From assembly GCA_026707335.1 (NCBI GenBank), contig JAPOXB010000075.1, positions 1 through 48,734 of the forward strand: 48,734 nucleotides of DNA. Direction: 5' to 3'. Under the pieces are notes generated by a model that ran no database searches, was not told where the DNA came from, and was given only the letters and a program-made list of their open reading frames with translations. Source of the stretch: Chloroflexota bacterium. GTDB taxonomy: Bacteria; Chloroflexota; Dehalococcoidia; Bin125. Of this stretch, positions 1-8,099 are shown one piece after another (within the stretch, counting starts at the first letter, position 1; every line of letters starts with the position of its first letter). A program made the translations under genes and the position numbers.

Positions 1-653
1 GCGCCCTGCCGATCAACTTCCGCACCATCCAGCAGACCGAGGTCGCCGCCACGCTGGGCGCCGACTCGGTCGTCGACACCGTGCAGGCGGGGCTGATCGC
101 CTTCCTGGCGATCATCATCTTCATGGTCGTCTACTACCGCCTGCCGGGCCTGCTGGCCGCGCTGGCGCTGTTCGTCTACGCGGCCATGGTCATGGCGACG
201 TTCAAGCTGGTGCCGGTCACGCTGACCCTGGCGGGCATCGCCGGCTTCGTGCTCTCGGTCGGTCTCGCCGTCGATGGCAACATCCTCATCTTCGAGCGCA
301 TGAAGGAGGAACTGCGCCTGGGCCGCAGCCTGCAAGGCGCGATCGAGGCCGGCTGGAACCGCGCCTGGCCCGCCATCCGCGACGGCAACGTCTCCACGCT
401 GATCACCGTCGCCATCCTCTGGCTCTTCGCCGACGCGCTCAACGCCAACCTCATCAAGTCATTCGCCATTGCCCTGCTGGTCGGCACGATCTTCAGCATG
501 ATCACGGCCATCTTCGTGACCCGCAGCTTCCTCCACGCGCTGATCGGCTTCCGCCTCACCCGGCGGCCCTGGCTGTTCGGCATCCGCGAGATGCCCGCCC
601 TCGAGGACGCCGCGCCCGCGCGCCGCCGCGCCGAATCGGGGGGCGGCTCATGA
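1..653 (+). CDS. secD: Protein translocase subunit SecD, C-terminal part (5' end lies outside the window; codon phase starts at nt 3)
   Basis: The frame is open from the window edge. The translation (..ALPINFRTIQQTEVAATLGADSV..GLIAFLAIIIFMVVYYRLPG..LAVDGNILIFERMKEE..FVTRSF) is the conserved SecD C-terminal TM bundle. The TGA stop at 651-653 overlaps the secF ATG (ATGA). Confidence 0.85.
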   Translation, partial: ALPINFRTIQQTEVAATLGADSVVDTVQAGLIAFLAIIIFMVVYYRLPGLLAALALFVYAAMVMATFKLVPVTLTLAGIAGFVLSVGLAVDGNILIFERMKEELRLGRSLQGAIEAGWNRAWPAIRDGNVSTLITVAILWLFADALNANLIKSFAIALLVGTIFSMITAIFVTRSFLHALIGFRLTRRPWLFGIREMPALEDAAPARRRAESGGGS

Positions 654-1837
654 TCGACTTCGTCGGCCTGCGCCGCTGGTTCGCCCTGCTCTCGCTCTGC
701 CTGGTCGTGCCCTGCCTGGCCGCCCTGGCGCTGTGGCAGCTCAACCCCGGCATAGACTTCGACGGCGGCCTCGAGCTGGAGGTCCGCTTCCTGCGCGGCG
801 CCGCCGAGCGGGACGTCGCGTCGGCCGCCGCACAGGCCGGTTTCTCCGACGCCGACGTCACCACCGGCGACGAGGGGACCTTCCTGGTCGCCTTCGGGCT
901 CGAGAGCGCCGGTGACGTCGCCGGTCGCGATCAGGCGCTGGTCGACGCCCTGGCGGAACAGATCGGCCCGGTCGAGGTCGCCGATGCCCGCCTGGCCGGC
1001 GAGAACCTGCGCGTCGAAGTCGAGCTGTGGTTCCCGGCCGACGTCAGCCAGGACGACGTGCGCGACGTGATGCGCGGCATGGGCGCGGCCGACGCCCGCA
1101 TCCAGCAGACCGGCGACTCGGCCTTCAAGATCCGCGCCGAGGAGCCCGACGGCGGCAACCTCGACGACCTGCGCGGCGACATCGAGGGCGCCCTGCGCGC
1201 GCAGCTGGGCGACTTCTTCGTGCTCTCCTCGGCCGGCGTCTCCGGCATCCTCAGCGCCGAGATCGCGGCCGATGCCGGCATCGCGCTGACCATCGCCGCG
1301 ATCGCCATCCTGATCTACATCAGCCTCGCCTTCCGGCGGCTCGCCAGCCCGGGCCTCTACGGCGCGGCCGCCATCGTCGCGCTGCTGCACGACATCACCA
1401 TCGTCGTGGGGCTGTTCGCCATCCTCGGCCGCCTCGCCGATACCGAGGTCAACGCGATGTTCGTCACCGCCCTGCTGGCCATCATCGGCTACTCCGTCAA
1501 CGACACCATCGTCGTCTTCGACCGCATCCGCGAGAACCGCCTCGCCCATCCCACCGAGCGCTTCCGCACCAGCGTCAACGCCGCCATCACGCAGTCGCTG
1601 GGGCGCTCGCTGAACACGTCGCTGACGCTGATCTTCGCGCTGGTGGCGCTCTTCCTGATCGGCGGCGTGACCGTGCGGCCCTTCGTGCTGGTGCTGCTGG
1701 TCGGGGCCGTCGCGGGCACCTACTCGTCGATCGGCATCGCCGCGCAGGTCGTCGTGCTGTGGAACGAGGGCGGCCTCTACCGGCTGCTGCGGGTCGGGCC
1801 GCGGCCCGCCACCGCGCCCGTCACCACGACCGAGTAG
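650..1837 (+). CDS. secF: Protein translocase subunit SecF (395 aa, with an enlarged periplasmic domain)
   Basis: Translationally coupled to secD. It has an N-terminal TM helix and a periplasmic domain. These are followed by the conserved SecF TM core (..LYGAAAIVALLHDITIVVGLFAILG..LLAIIGYSVNDTIVVFDRIREN..). Confidence 0.9.
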   Translation: MIDFVGLRRWFALLSLCLVVPCLAALALWQLNPGIDFDGGLELEVRFLRGAAERDVASAAAQAGFSDADVTTGDEGTFLVAFGLESAGDVAGRDQALVDALAEQIGPVEVADARLAGENLRVEVELWFPADVSQDDVRDVMRGMGAADARIQQTGDSAFKIRAEEPDGGNLDDLRGDIEGALRAQLGDFFVLSSAGVSGILSAEIAADAGIALTIAAIAILIYISLAFRRLASPGLYGAAAIVALLHDITIVVGLFAILGRLADTEVNAMFVTALLAIIGYSVNDTIVVFDRIRENRLAHPTERFRTSVNAAITQSLGRSLNTSLTLIFALVALFLIGGVTVRPFVLVLLVGAVAGTYSSIGIAAQVVVLWNEGGLYRLLRVGPRPATAPVTTTE

Positions 1838-1861
1838 CCGCGGCATCGGACGAGGCCGGCG

Positions 1862-2062
1862 ATGGACACGCACAGCAGAAGCCTGATCAAGACGGCGACG
1901 TGGCGCGTCACCGCGACGTTCACGACGTTCGTCATCGCCTGGGCCCTGACCGGCAGCCTCACGATGGGATTGGGCATCGCCGGGATCGAGTTCTGGGCCA
2001 AGATCGTCCTCTACTACCTGCACGAACGCATCTGGAACTCGACCCGCTGGGGCACGAAGTGA
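1862..2062 (+). CDS. Small membrane protein, DUF2061-like
   Basis: The 66-aa ORF contains KTATWRVTATFTTFVIAW...EFWAKIVLYYLHERIW. From memory this matches the DUF2061 two-helix signature (KTxTWR ... YYxHER). Confidence 0.65.
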   Translation: MDTHSRSLIKTATWRVTATFTTFVIAWALTGSLTMGLGIAGIEFWAKIVLYYLHERIWNSTRWGTK

Positions 2063-2109
2063 GCGCGGCGGCGGCGTCCGCCGACGTCGCCCGAGAGCCG
2101 GTCGCGCCG

Positions 2110-2232
2110 ATGAATCAGTATGTGACGCGCGAAGACTTGCACCGCGAACTCCGCACACTGCTGTTCCAGATCGGCGTTCTCGGACTCGCACTGGCCGGGA
2201 TCATCATTGGGGTGATGGCGGCGCTCGTCTGA
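2110..2232 (+). CDS. Hypothetical 40-aa single-pass membrane peptide
   Basis: An ATG at 2110 lies inside a longer spurious frame. The product MNQYVTREDLHRELRTLLFQIGVLGLALAGIIIGVMAALV has one clear hydrophobic helix. I recognise no homology. Confidence 0.3.
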   Translation: MNQYVTREDLHRELRTLLFQIGVLGLALAGIIIGVMAALV

Positions 2233-2307
2233 GCCGTTCCCTTCCCCCGACAAACGGCGGAACACCCGGACGAACACCGCCCATCCGCATCATCCGACGC
2301 GGGGCGG

Positions 2308-2337
2308 TTGACTTCCGATCGCTCCATCCGCTATGGT
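2308..2337 (+). promoter_or_regulatory. Sigma-70-like promoter candidate (TTGACT - 18 bp - TATGGT)
   Basis: TTGACT at 2308-2313 and TATGGT at 2332-2337. It points into the non-coding tandem-repeat region. Such near-consensus hexamers are unusual in this GC-rich DNA. Confidence 0.35.
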
Positions 2338-2406
2338 GGAGTCATGGATCGCATATCGCGTGTTAGTGGACCAAGCAGACGCCCCCCGACGGACCCGGAT
2401 TTGCCC

Positions 2407-2502
2407 GTGAAAGATCGTGAAAGATCGTGAAAGATCGTGAAACTTCGTGAAAGAACGTGAAAGATCGTGCAAGAATCGCGAAAGATCGTGCAAGATCTTG
2501 CA
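2407..2502. repeat. Tandem array of nine 10-bp units (consensus GTGAAAGATC) ending in the 14-bp perfect palindrome TGCAAGATCTTGCA
   Basis: Read directly. The units are GTGAAAGATC x3, GTGAAACTTC, GTGAAAGAAC, GTGAAAGATC, GTGCAAGAAT, CGCGAAAGATC and GTGCAAGATC. The palindrome is at 2489-2502. Six units carry GATC. Confidence 0.9.
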
Positions 2503-2559
2503 TCCTGAGGCCCCTAATGCAAGCCCATGCCCCCCGATGCTCCAGCGTGACCGACCAAG

Positions 2560-2585
2560 AACCCCAATGAACATGGGGTTTGTCG
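2560..2585 (+). terminator. Hairpin (7-bp stem AACCCCA/TGGGGTT, 7-nt loop) followed by TTTGT
   Basis: The stem is 2560-2566 paired with 2574-2580. The U-tract is weak. It could end a transcript of about 240 nt started at the 2308 promoter. Confidence 0.3.
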
Positions 2586-2675
2586 CATCGCAGCCTCCCC
2601 CGGGCGCCCAGCCGGCCCGAAAAAAAAGAACCGAACCTGGCATCTTGAGGCCCGTGACCCCCTCCGAGCCGCCCC

Positions 2676-4577
2676 CTACCCCCGCCGCAGCACCCGCGCA
2701 TCCCCGACGCGGCGCGTGACTTGACGGCGGTCGAGGTCCTCCAGGAAGGCCTGCGCGATCTTGCGGCTGCTGCCGAACAGGTCGCGCACCTCGGCCAGCG
2801 TGATGCGGCCCCGCTCCCCGATCGCCGCCCGCACCGACGCGACCATCGCCGCGTGTGTCTCGCCCTCCAGGTAGACGCCCTCGGCCAGCCGCACGATGCG
2901 CCCCCGCGACTCGAGGTACTGCGCCAGCTCCGCATCGACCGGGGCGCTCTCGGGCCGCGTCCCCGCCGCCCGCAGCCGCGCCACCAGCGCCTCCGCCTCC
3001 CGCTCCTGCTCGGGCCCCAGCGCGACCTCCCGCCCCGCCAGGTCGAGCGAGCCCTCGTGCGACGCCAGCGGCCCCGCCTCGCCGGTCAGCCGCGCCTCCA
3101 GCCCGGCGAAGGCCCGCGCCGGCAGCCCCAGGCGGCTGCGCAGCTCCTCGCGCGGGACGCCCGGCCGCAGCGGGTGCGCCACGACGAACTCCCGCACCGC
3201 CGCCAGCGCCCGCCCCGACAGCGCCTCGAAGCCAGCCGCCGTGCAGAGCGTCGTGGCCGGGCCGGGCGGCCCCGGCGCCGTCTCCAGCGCCACGATGCCG
3301 CCCGCCTCGATCTGCCGCCGCACCGCCGCCGACGTGGCCGCGTCGTCGAGTTCGGCCCGCTCGCGCAGCTGCGACAGCGGGGCCGGTTCGATGCGCTGCA
3401 GCACCGTCAGCAGCGTGTCGTCGGGCGACCCCTCGAGCAGCCGCGCCAGGGCCGCCAGCGTCGCCGGCTGGTCGCGCCGATGCCGCCGCGGCCGCGTATC
3501 GACGATGCGCCCCCCGCCCACCGTCGTGACCGAGTTGCGCAGCACGAAGTAGTCGCCCCGCGCCGCGCCCACGGGTTCCTCGAGCCGCAGTTGCGCCCAG
3601 CGCTCGGCCCCGGGCGGGATCTCGTCGGCCGGCGCGCCCGCCACGTCGGGCTCGCTCTCCAACAGCCGCAGCCGCGCCGCGACCTCGGCCGCGCCGGTGT
3701 GCAGCGTCAGCGTCGTGTTGTGGCGCAGCCGCCCGCTCGCCGCCGCGACCGTGCGCAGCCGCACGTCCATCGCCGTCGAGCCGGCCAGCCAGTCGCCCGT
3801 CGTCAGCACCATCCCCCGCGCCAGCGCGTCGGGCGCGACGCCGCTCAGGTTGACCGCCGTGCGCGTGCCCGGCTCGGCCTGCTCGACCCGCTGCTTGTGG
3901 CTCTGCAGCCCGCGGATGCGCGCCTGCATCCCCCCCGGCGCGATCGACACCCGCTCGCCCACCCGCAGCGGCCCGTCGATCAGCGTGCCCGTGACCACCG
4001 TGCCGAAGCCGCTGATCGTGAACGCGCGGTCGATGGGCAGCCGCGGCCGGCCGATGTCGCGCACCGGCGGCAGCGCCGCCAGCGCCCCGTCGAGCGCCGC
4101 CCGCAGCGCATCGAGCCCCGCGCCCGTCGTCGCCGAGCAGCGCACGATCGCCGCCCCCGCCAGCGAGGTCGGCGCCAGCAGCTCCTCCACGTCGGCCTCC
4201 ACCAGGTCGAGCCACTCCGCCTCGGCCAAGTCGCACTTCGTCAGCGCCACCACCCCGTGCGTCGTCTGCAGCAGGTCGAGGATGGCCAGGTGCTCGCGGG
4301 TCTGCGGCATCACCCCCTCGTCGGCCGCGACCACGAGCAGCGCCAGGTCGATGCCGCCCACGCCGGCCAGCATGTTCTTGATGAAGCGCTCGTGGCCCGG
4401 CACGTCGACGATGCTCACCTCGCGGCCGCCGGGCAGCGTGCACCAGGCGAAGCCGAGGTCGATGGTCAGGCCGCGCGCCTTCTCCTCGGCCCAGCGGTCG
4501 GGGTCGATGCCGCTGAGCGCCTCGACGAGCGTGCTCTTGCCGTGGTCGACGTGCCCCGCCGTCCCGATGACGTACAT
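2676..4577 (-). CDS. selB: Selenocysteine-specific translation elongation factor SelB (633 aa)
   Basis: The N-terminus MYVIGTAGHVDHGKSTLVEALSGIDPDRWAEEKARGLTIDLGFAW carries the GTPase G1-G3 motifs. The long C-terminal region fits the winged-helix (SECIS-binding) domains in size. I chose the ATG at 4577 rather than the upstream ORF start at 4691, because homology begins there. Confidence 0.9.
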   Translation of the reverse strand: MYVIGTAGHVDHGKSTLVEALSGIDPDRWAEEKARGLTIDLGFAWCTLPGGREVSIVDVPGHERFIKNMLAGVGGIDLALLVVAADEGVMPQTREHLAILDLLQTTHGVVALTKCDLAEAEWLDLVEADVEELLAPTSLAGAAIVRCSATTGAGLDALRAALDGALAALPPVRDIGRPRLPIDRAFTISGFGTVVTGTLIDGPLRVGERVSIAPGGMQARIRGLQSHKQRVEQAEPGTRTAVNLSGVAPDALARGMVLTTGDWLAGSTAMDVRLRTVAAASGRLRHNTTLTLHTGAAEVAARLRLLESEPDVAGAPADEIPPGAERWAQLRLEEPVGAARGDYFVLRNSVTTVGGGRIVDTRPRRHRRDQPATLAALARLLEGSPDDTLLTVLQRIEPAPLSQLRERAELDDAATSAAVRRQIEAGGIVALETAPGPPGPATTLCTAAGFEALSGRALAAVREFVVAHPLRPGVPREELRSRLGLPARAFAGLEARLTGEAGPLASHEGSLDLAGREVALGPEQEREAEALVARLRAAGTRPESAPVDAELAQYLESRGRIVRLAEGVYLEGETHAAMVASVRAAIGERGRITLAEVRDLFGSSRKIAQAFLEDLDRRQVTRRVGDARVLRRG

Positions 4578-4733
4578 GTCGGCAGGGTAGCGGTGGGGGG
4601 CGAGGGTCGCCCCATCGACACCAGCCCCCCACCCAGAGGCTGTCGCTTCGACTACGCAGGATCGGACATGCCCCCGGGGAACTCCCGCCACTCCTTCGCC
4701 GGGCCCGCTGCGTGTCTTGGGTTGAGCCCCGCG

Positions 4734-6665
4734 CTACGCGAGGGGAAGGTCTCCCGACTCCACAAGGTCACGGACCGTGCTGAGCATGATCACCTCAATC
4801 GTGTGCGACTCACCGTCCCTTTGGAGTAGGTGTGTCGTCCCCGGGTAGCGGCGCTGATCAAGATTGGCGGGACCGACTGGATTCAATTCGTACCCTGTGA
4901 ATGTCTCTTCGACCGTGCCCCAGCATACACAGACGTCAATGTGCTGGTACTGCTTGGGTCGGTTCTCGTCGTCGATGTCCGAGATCAGACCGTCCAAGTT
5001 GTTCTTGAACTCGAGGGTCAGGTTCCGTGTCTCGAACATATCGCCGGCACCGAGGACGGAGGGGGCCAACCCTAGGGTGGAGTCACTAGCCCTTAGACGC
5101 TGCTCGTTGCTATCGCACTTGAAGAAGATCAAGGAGTCATAGGTCTGGGTTTGACTCGTTGCGAGAATGTGGATCCCGGGGAACACTCCCAACGCGGATA
5201 GCTGGTGAAAGAGTCCCACAACATCTTGCTCCGTCAGTGGCTCGCTTCCGAATGTCACCGGCGGAATGTCTAGGGGTCTCCGCTCCTGATGTTTGCGTAC
5301 ATTGAACTCCCAGTCTTGCTTGTTCCGCTCGACTTGGCGTTGCTGTGCGGAAGGAATCTCACCTGTAGGCCTAAGGAACGAACGCTGGCTCGCCAAGTAC
5401 TGGACAGCCTGATTGGCTGCAGCTTTCGCAGCTTCGAGCACTTCATCTTGAACCGTCTTGCGACCCTGGTCAGGTCTTGCGTTATCGAAGTGCACGGCGA
5501 CGAGCACGTTGTGGCTGAATGTCTCGTATCGCTTGGCCCCAATGGGAAACACATCGGCCAGCCGCTGACGGTTGATCGCGAGCACGAGCCCTGGCGAGAG
5601 ATGCGACCTAACCACCGACTTGGCGAGAAGTTCGTTCATTTCTCCCCATACGCCCCCTTGATAGGCGACGAAGGCGTATAGCGTGGGATTGTAGGCGTCG
5701 AGTTGATCCCTGAACTTCTCCCGCTCCGTCTCCCCATAGTGCGATCGGATCATCTCGGTGTCCCAGAAGACGAATATGCCATCCTGACGCTTGAACTCAT
5801 CGGGAATGTCCGGGACTTGTGGGTGGGACTCGTAGTAGTGGCCGATGTCAAGAAAACGGAACGGCGGATTGCGTTGCACGTCGTGGGGAAAGAGGAACCG
5901 TGGAGCGACGAGAACCGATTCGTCGCCGCTTGAGTCAATGACGGTAAGCGAGACTTCGATTTCCACGAGGGGTTCTCGCATAATGAGCACTTGGCCGATT
6001 GCAGTTCGTGTTCTTAGGATCGCTTCCCAGGCACTTGTGTGCGGAGTCAAGGCGCGTAGACTACGAGGTCTGGTTGAGGCAGAGAACTGCATCCGCACAA
6101 ACGTGCCGCGGTTCAGCTTCCTCAGTGGTGATTGATCACGGTCCCGATCGACGAGCGCCGAATCTTGACGCGCCCCGCGCGCCCATTCGTTGCCGTAGCG
6201 CATGCGAAGGGCGACAAGATCTTCGCCCTCGGGCTTAGAGTGTAAGCGGAGGTCATCGGTGCCATAGGCAAGAAGGGTGAGGCCAACGCCCTTATAGCCT
6301 CGGTATGAGTGCTTCATACCCCGGCGCTCGATCATCTGGCCGTTGGACTTCAGCGATACATGCGGGGCCAGCGCCCGGGCAAGATCTTGCTCTGTCATAC
6401 CGACGCCGGTGTCGAGGACCGATACGTGATTCTCCTCAAGGTCGATAGTGACGGCGAGCCGGAAGGGACCGCTAAGCCCACAGAGCTTGGCGTCCTCAAG
6501 GGCGTCGATGGCGTTCTGAACAGCCTCAGCTAGGAAATCATAGTTGCTGTTATAGCTCTCGAGGACCCCGGAAACGAGGCTTCGCCTGTACTCGTCGGTT
6601 GCGGTGACCGATTCGAGGGGATCGAGAGGATAAGTTACCCCGGCTGCCGACTCTTGCGATACCAT
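4734..6665 (-). CDS. GHKL (HSP90/MORC/histidine-kinase-like) ATPase-domain protein, 643 aa, C-terminal region of unknown function (possibly nuclease-like)
   Basis: It carries Bergerat-fold motifs: N-box EAVQNAIDALEDA, G1 box VLDTGVGMT and G2 box YRGYKGVGLTLLA. The ATG at 6665 is preceded by GAGGG. The track ORF starts at a TTG at 6734. The gene fills a low-GC island. Confidence 0.75.
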   Translation of the reverse strand: MVSQESAAGVTYPLDPLESVTATDEYRRSLVSGVLESYNSNYDFLAEAVQNAIDALEDAKLCGLSGPFRLAVTIDLEENHVSVLDTGVGMTEQDLARALAPHVSLKSNGQMIERRGMKHSYRGYKGVGLTLLAYGTDDLRLHSKPEGEDLVALRMRYGNEWARGARQDSALVDRDRDQSPLRKLNRGTFVRMQFSASTRPRSLRALTPHTSAWEAILRTRTAIGQVLIMREPLVEIEVSLTVIDSSGDESVLVAPRFLFPHDVQRNPPFRFLDIGHYYESHPQVPDIPDEFKRQDGIFVFWDTEMIRSHYGETEREKFRDQLDAYNPTLYAFVAYQGGVWGEMNELLAKSVVRSHLSPGLVLAINRQRLADVFPIGAKRYETFSHNVLVAVHFDNARPDQGRKTVQDEVLEAAKAAANQAVQYLASQRSFLRPTGEIPSAQQRQVERNKQDWEFNVRKHQERRPLDIPPVTFGSEPLTEQDVVGLFHQLSALGVFPGIHILATSQTQTYDSLIFFKCDSNEQRLRASDSTLGLAPSVLGAGDMFETRNLTLEFKNNLDGLISDIDDENRPKQYQHIDVCVCWGTVEETFTGYELNPVGPANLDQRRYPGTTHLLQRDGESHTIEVIMLSTVRDLVESGDLPLA

Positions 6666-6735
6666 AACACCCTCGTTGCGTCCCAGGGCCAAGACGTGTG
6701 GACGCGCATCCGATACTTCGCCCGGGAACCTCAAG

Positions 6736-6764
6736 AGACTAGGAGGCGGGGTTCACTCTATCAA
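6736..6764 (-). promoter_or_regulatory. Promoter candidate for the GHKL gene (TTGATA - 17 bp - TAGTCT on the minus strand)
   Basis: The -35 is at 6759-6764 and the -10 at 6736-6741 (minus strand). Both hexamers sit inside a 9-bp direct repeat TCAAGAGAC (6731-6739 and 6761-6769, plus-strand reading). Confidence 0.35.
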
Positions 6765-6865
6765 GAGACGCCACGGTGCACCCTTGGGCTGTCGGCCTCG
6801 CCAGCACGATGTGGGTGAGGGCGCCCCTCCCCTGCCATCGCCCCTCCCCTACCATCGCCCCACCC

Positions 6866-7558
6866 ATGCTCGACCTCGACCGCTTCGACTGGATCAGCTT
6901 CGACTGCTACGGGACGCTCGTCGATTGGGAGACGGGCATCGCCGACGCCGTCGGCGGGGTGCTGGCGGCGCACGACGTGCGCAGGTCGCGGGCCGAGATC
7001 ATGGCGCTCTACTCCGACATCGAGCCACGAGTGCAGGCCGCGCAGCCGTCCCGGCGGTACCGCGACGTCCTGCGCGAGGTGATGGCGGCCATCGGGGAGG
7101 AGGTCGGGGTCCGCTGCACGGCGCCGGAGCTCGATTGCCTGCCCGACAGCCTGCCCCGCTGGCCCGTCTTCCCCGACGTGCCGGACGCGCTGCGGGCGCT
7201 GCGGGCCCGCCACCAGCTGGCCGTCATTTCGAACGTTGACGACGACCTCTTCGCCGGTTCGGCCGAGCGCCTCGGCGGCGGCTTCGACATGGTCGTCACG
7301 GCGGAGCAAGTCGGCGCCTACAAGCCCGACCTGCGCAACTTCCACATCGCCGCTGAGCGCATGGGCGTCGAGCGGGCGCGCTGGCTGCACGTCGCCGAGA
7401 GCCTTTACCACGACATCGGGCCGGCCAACCGGCTGGGCGTCGCCTGCGTGTGGGTCGACCGGCCCGGCCGCGGCGGCGCGACCCGCCCCACCGACGCCGT
7501 CCCCGACCTCGTCGTGCCCGACCTCGCCGCGCTGGCCCGGATGGCCGGGCGGGACTGA
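6866..7558 (+). CDS. HAD-superfamily hydrolase, haloacid dehalogenase type II-like
   Basis: MLDLDRFDWISFDCYGTLVDWE contains HAD motif I (DxYGT). ..AVISNVDDD.. and ..YKPD..F are the later HAD motifs. I chose the ATG at 6866 over the track start at 6776. Confidence 0.85.
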   Translation: MLDLDRFDWISFDCYGTLVDWETGIADAVGGVLAAHDVRRSRAEIMALYSDIEPRVQAAQPSRRYRDVLREVMAAIGEEVGVRCTAPELDCLPDSLPRWPVFPDVPDALRALRARHQLAVISNVDDDLFAGSAERLGGGFDMVVTAEQVGAYKPDLRNFHIAAERMGVERARWLHVAESLYHDIGPANRLGVACVWVDRPGRGGATRPTDAVPDLVVPDLAALARMAGRD

Positions 7559-7595
7559 TCGGCGGGCCACCCCCACCCCTACTCCACCTCAACCG

Positions 7596-8099
7596 CTACG
7601 GCTCACCCGACGGCCACTCCACTCCGCTCTCCACGATGTACTCGGTGCCCTCGGGAAGCGACCCAACGCGCGCTCGCAGGAAGGCCGGAAACAGGCCGGC
7701 GGCCTCCACCGACGCCAGCGGGATCCACTCGAACGTGGTCCCCGGCTCGACTCCCGCGAACCTGCCCTCGCGGCCGGTGACCGCGGAGCCCGGCCCGAAC
7801 TCGATCACGAAGTACAGGGCGACCTCCTGGAACCGGTCGTCGTCCAGGTCGAACAGGTGGTCCGACACGAACACGAGCCGGCCGACCGTCACCTCCTCGC
7901 CCAGCTCTTCCCGGACCTCCCGCGCCAGCGTCGCGGCGGCGCTCTCGCCGTACTCCACCCGACCGCCGGGGACGAAGCACAGGTCGTGACGCACGTCGTG
8001 CTCGACGAGCAGCCGCCCGCCGGACACGGCGATACCGCCCACGCGGTACATGAACGTGAGCCCGCCCTGCTGCGACATGATCATGCCGGGCGGTGTCAT
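7596..8099 (-). CDS. Nudix hydrolase
   Basis: Nudix box GGRVEYGESAAATLAREVREELGEEV (GX5EX7REUXEEXGU). Confidence 0.85.
   Translation of the reverse strand: MTPPGMIMSQQGGLTFMYRVGGIAVSGGRLLVEHDVRHDLCFVPGGRVEYGESAAATLAREVREELGEEVTVGRLVFVSDHLFDLDDDRFQEVALYFVIEFGPGSAVTGREGRFAGVEPGTTFEWIPLASVEAAGLFPAFLRARVGSLPEGTEYIVESGVEWPSGEP

Noticed and set aside
176-2191. 671-aa minus-strand ORF antisense to secD/secF. The same kind of giant ORF occurs at 2290-4632(-), 2721-4829(+), 13334-16159(+), 14052-15977(-), 18585-20063(-), 20027-22441(+), 26712-27923(-), 28673-29938(-), 35864-36943(-), 37967-39304(-), 39861-41429(-), 41484-44321(-) and 46357-47619(-).
   Set aside because: Their translations are low-complexity Arg/Ala/Gly/Pro/Asp strings. 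They fully overlap genes with clear conserved-family signatures on the other strand or frame. Long stop-free off-frames are expected at about 70% GC.
2407-2502. 10-bp tandem units considered as a CRISPR array or as a coding peptide repeat (track ORF 2447-2719, 'MKERERSCKNRERSCK').
   Set aside because: The units are far too short and have no spacers, so this is not a CRISPR array. The ORF has no SD, only translates the repeat, and its 3' end overlaps the selB stop region.
2615-2635. The A8/T8 tract (2621-2628) considered as the selB intrinsic terminator.
   Set aside because: On the minus strand the T-run is not preceded by a convincing hairpin. The only stem (CGGGC/GCCCG) lies on the wrong side.
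2233-2675. Searched both strands next to selB for tRNA-Sec (selC).
   Set aside because: I could not find an acceptor/T-arm arrangement, a GGTTCGA-type T-loop with a matching stem, or a UCA anticodon loop. GGTTCGGTTC near 2625 has no complementary stem.
6666-6734. Upstream TTG start (6734) for the GHKL gene, the 6776 start for the HAD gene, the 4691 start for selB, the 28267 start for hemW, the 39774 start for nadK and the 41206/41247 starts for the GNAT and Nudix genes.
   Set aside because: The extensions are non-conserved, often Arg/Pro-rich, lack an SD or overlap the neighbouring gene. Internal ATG or GTG codons with an SD, or with 4-nt stop/start overlaps, coincide with the onset of family homology.
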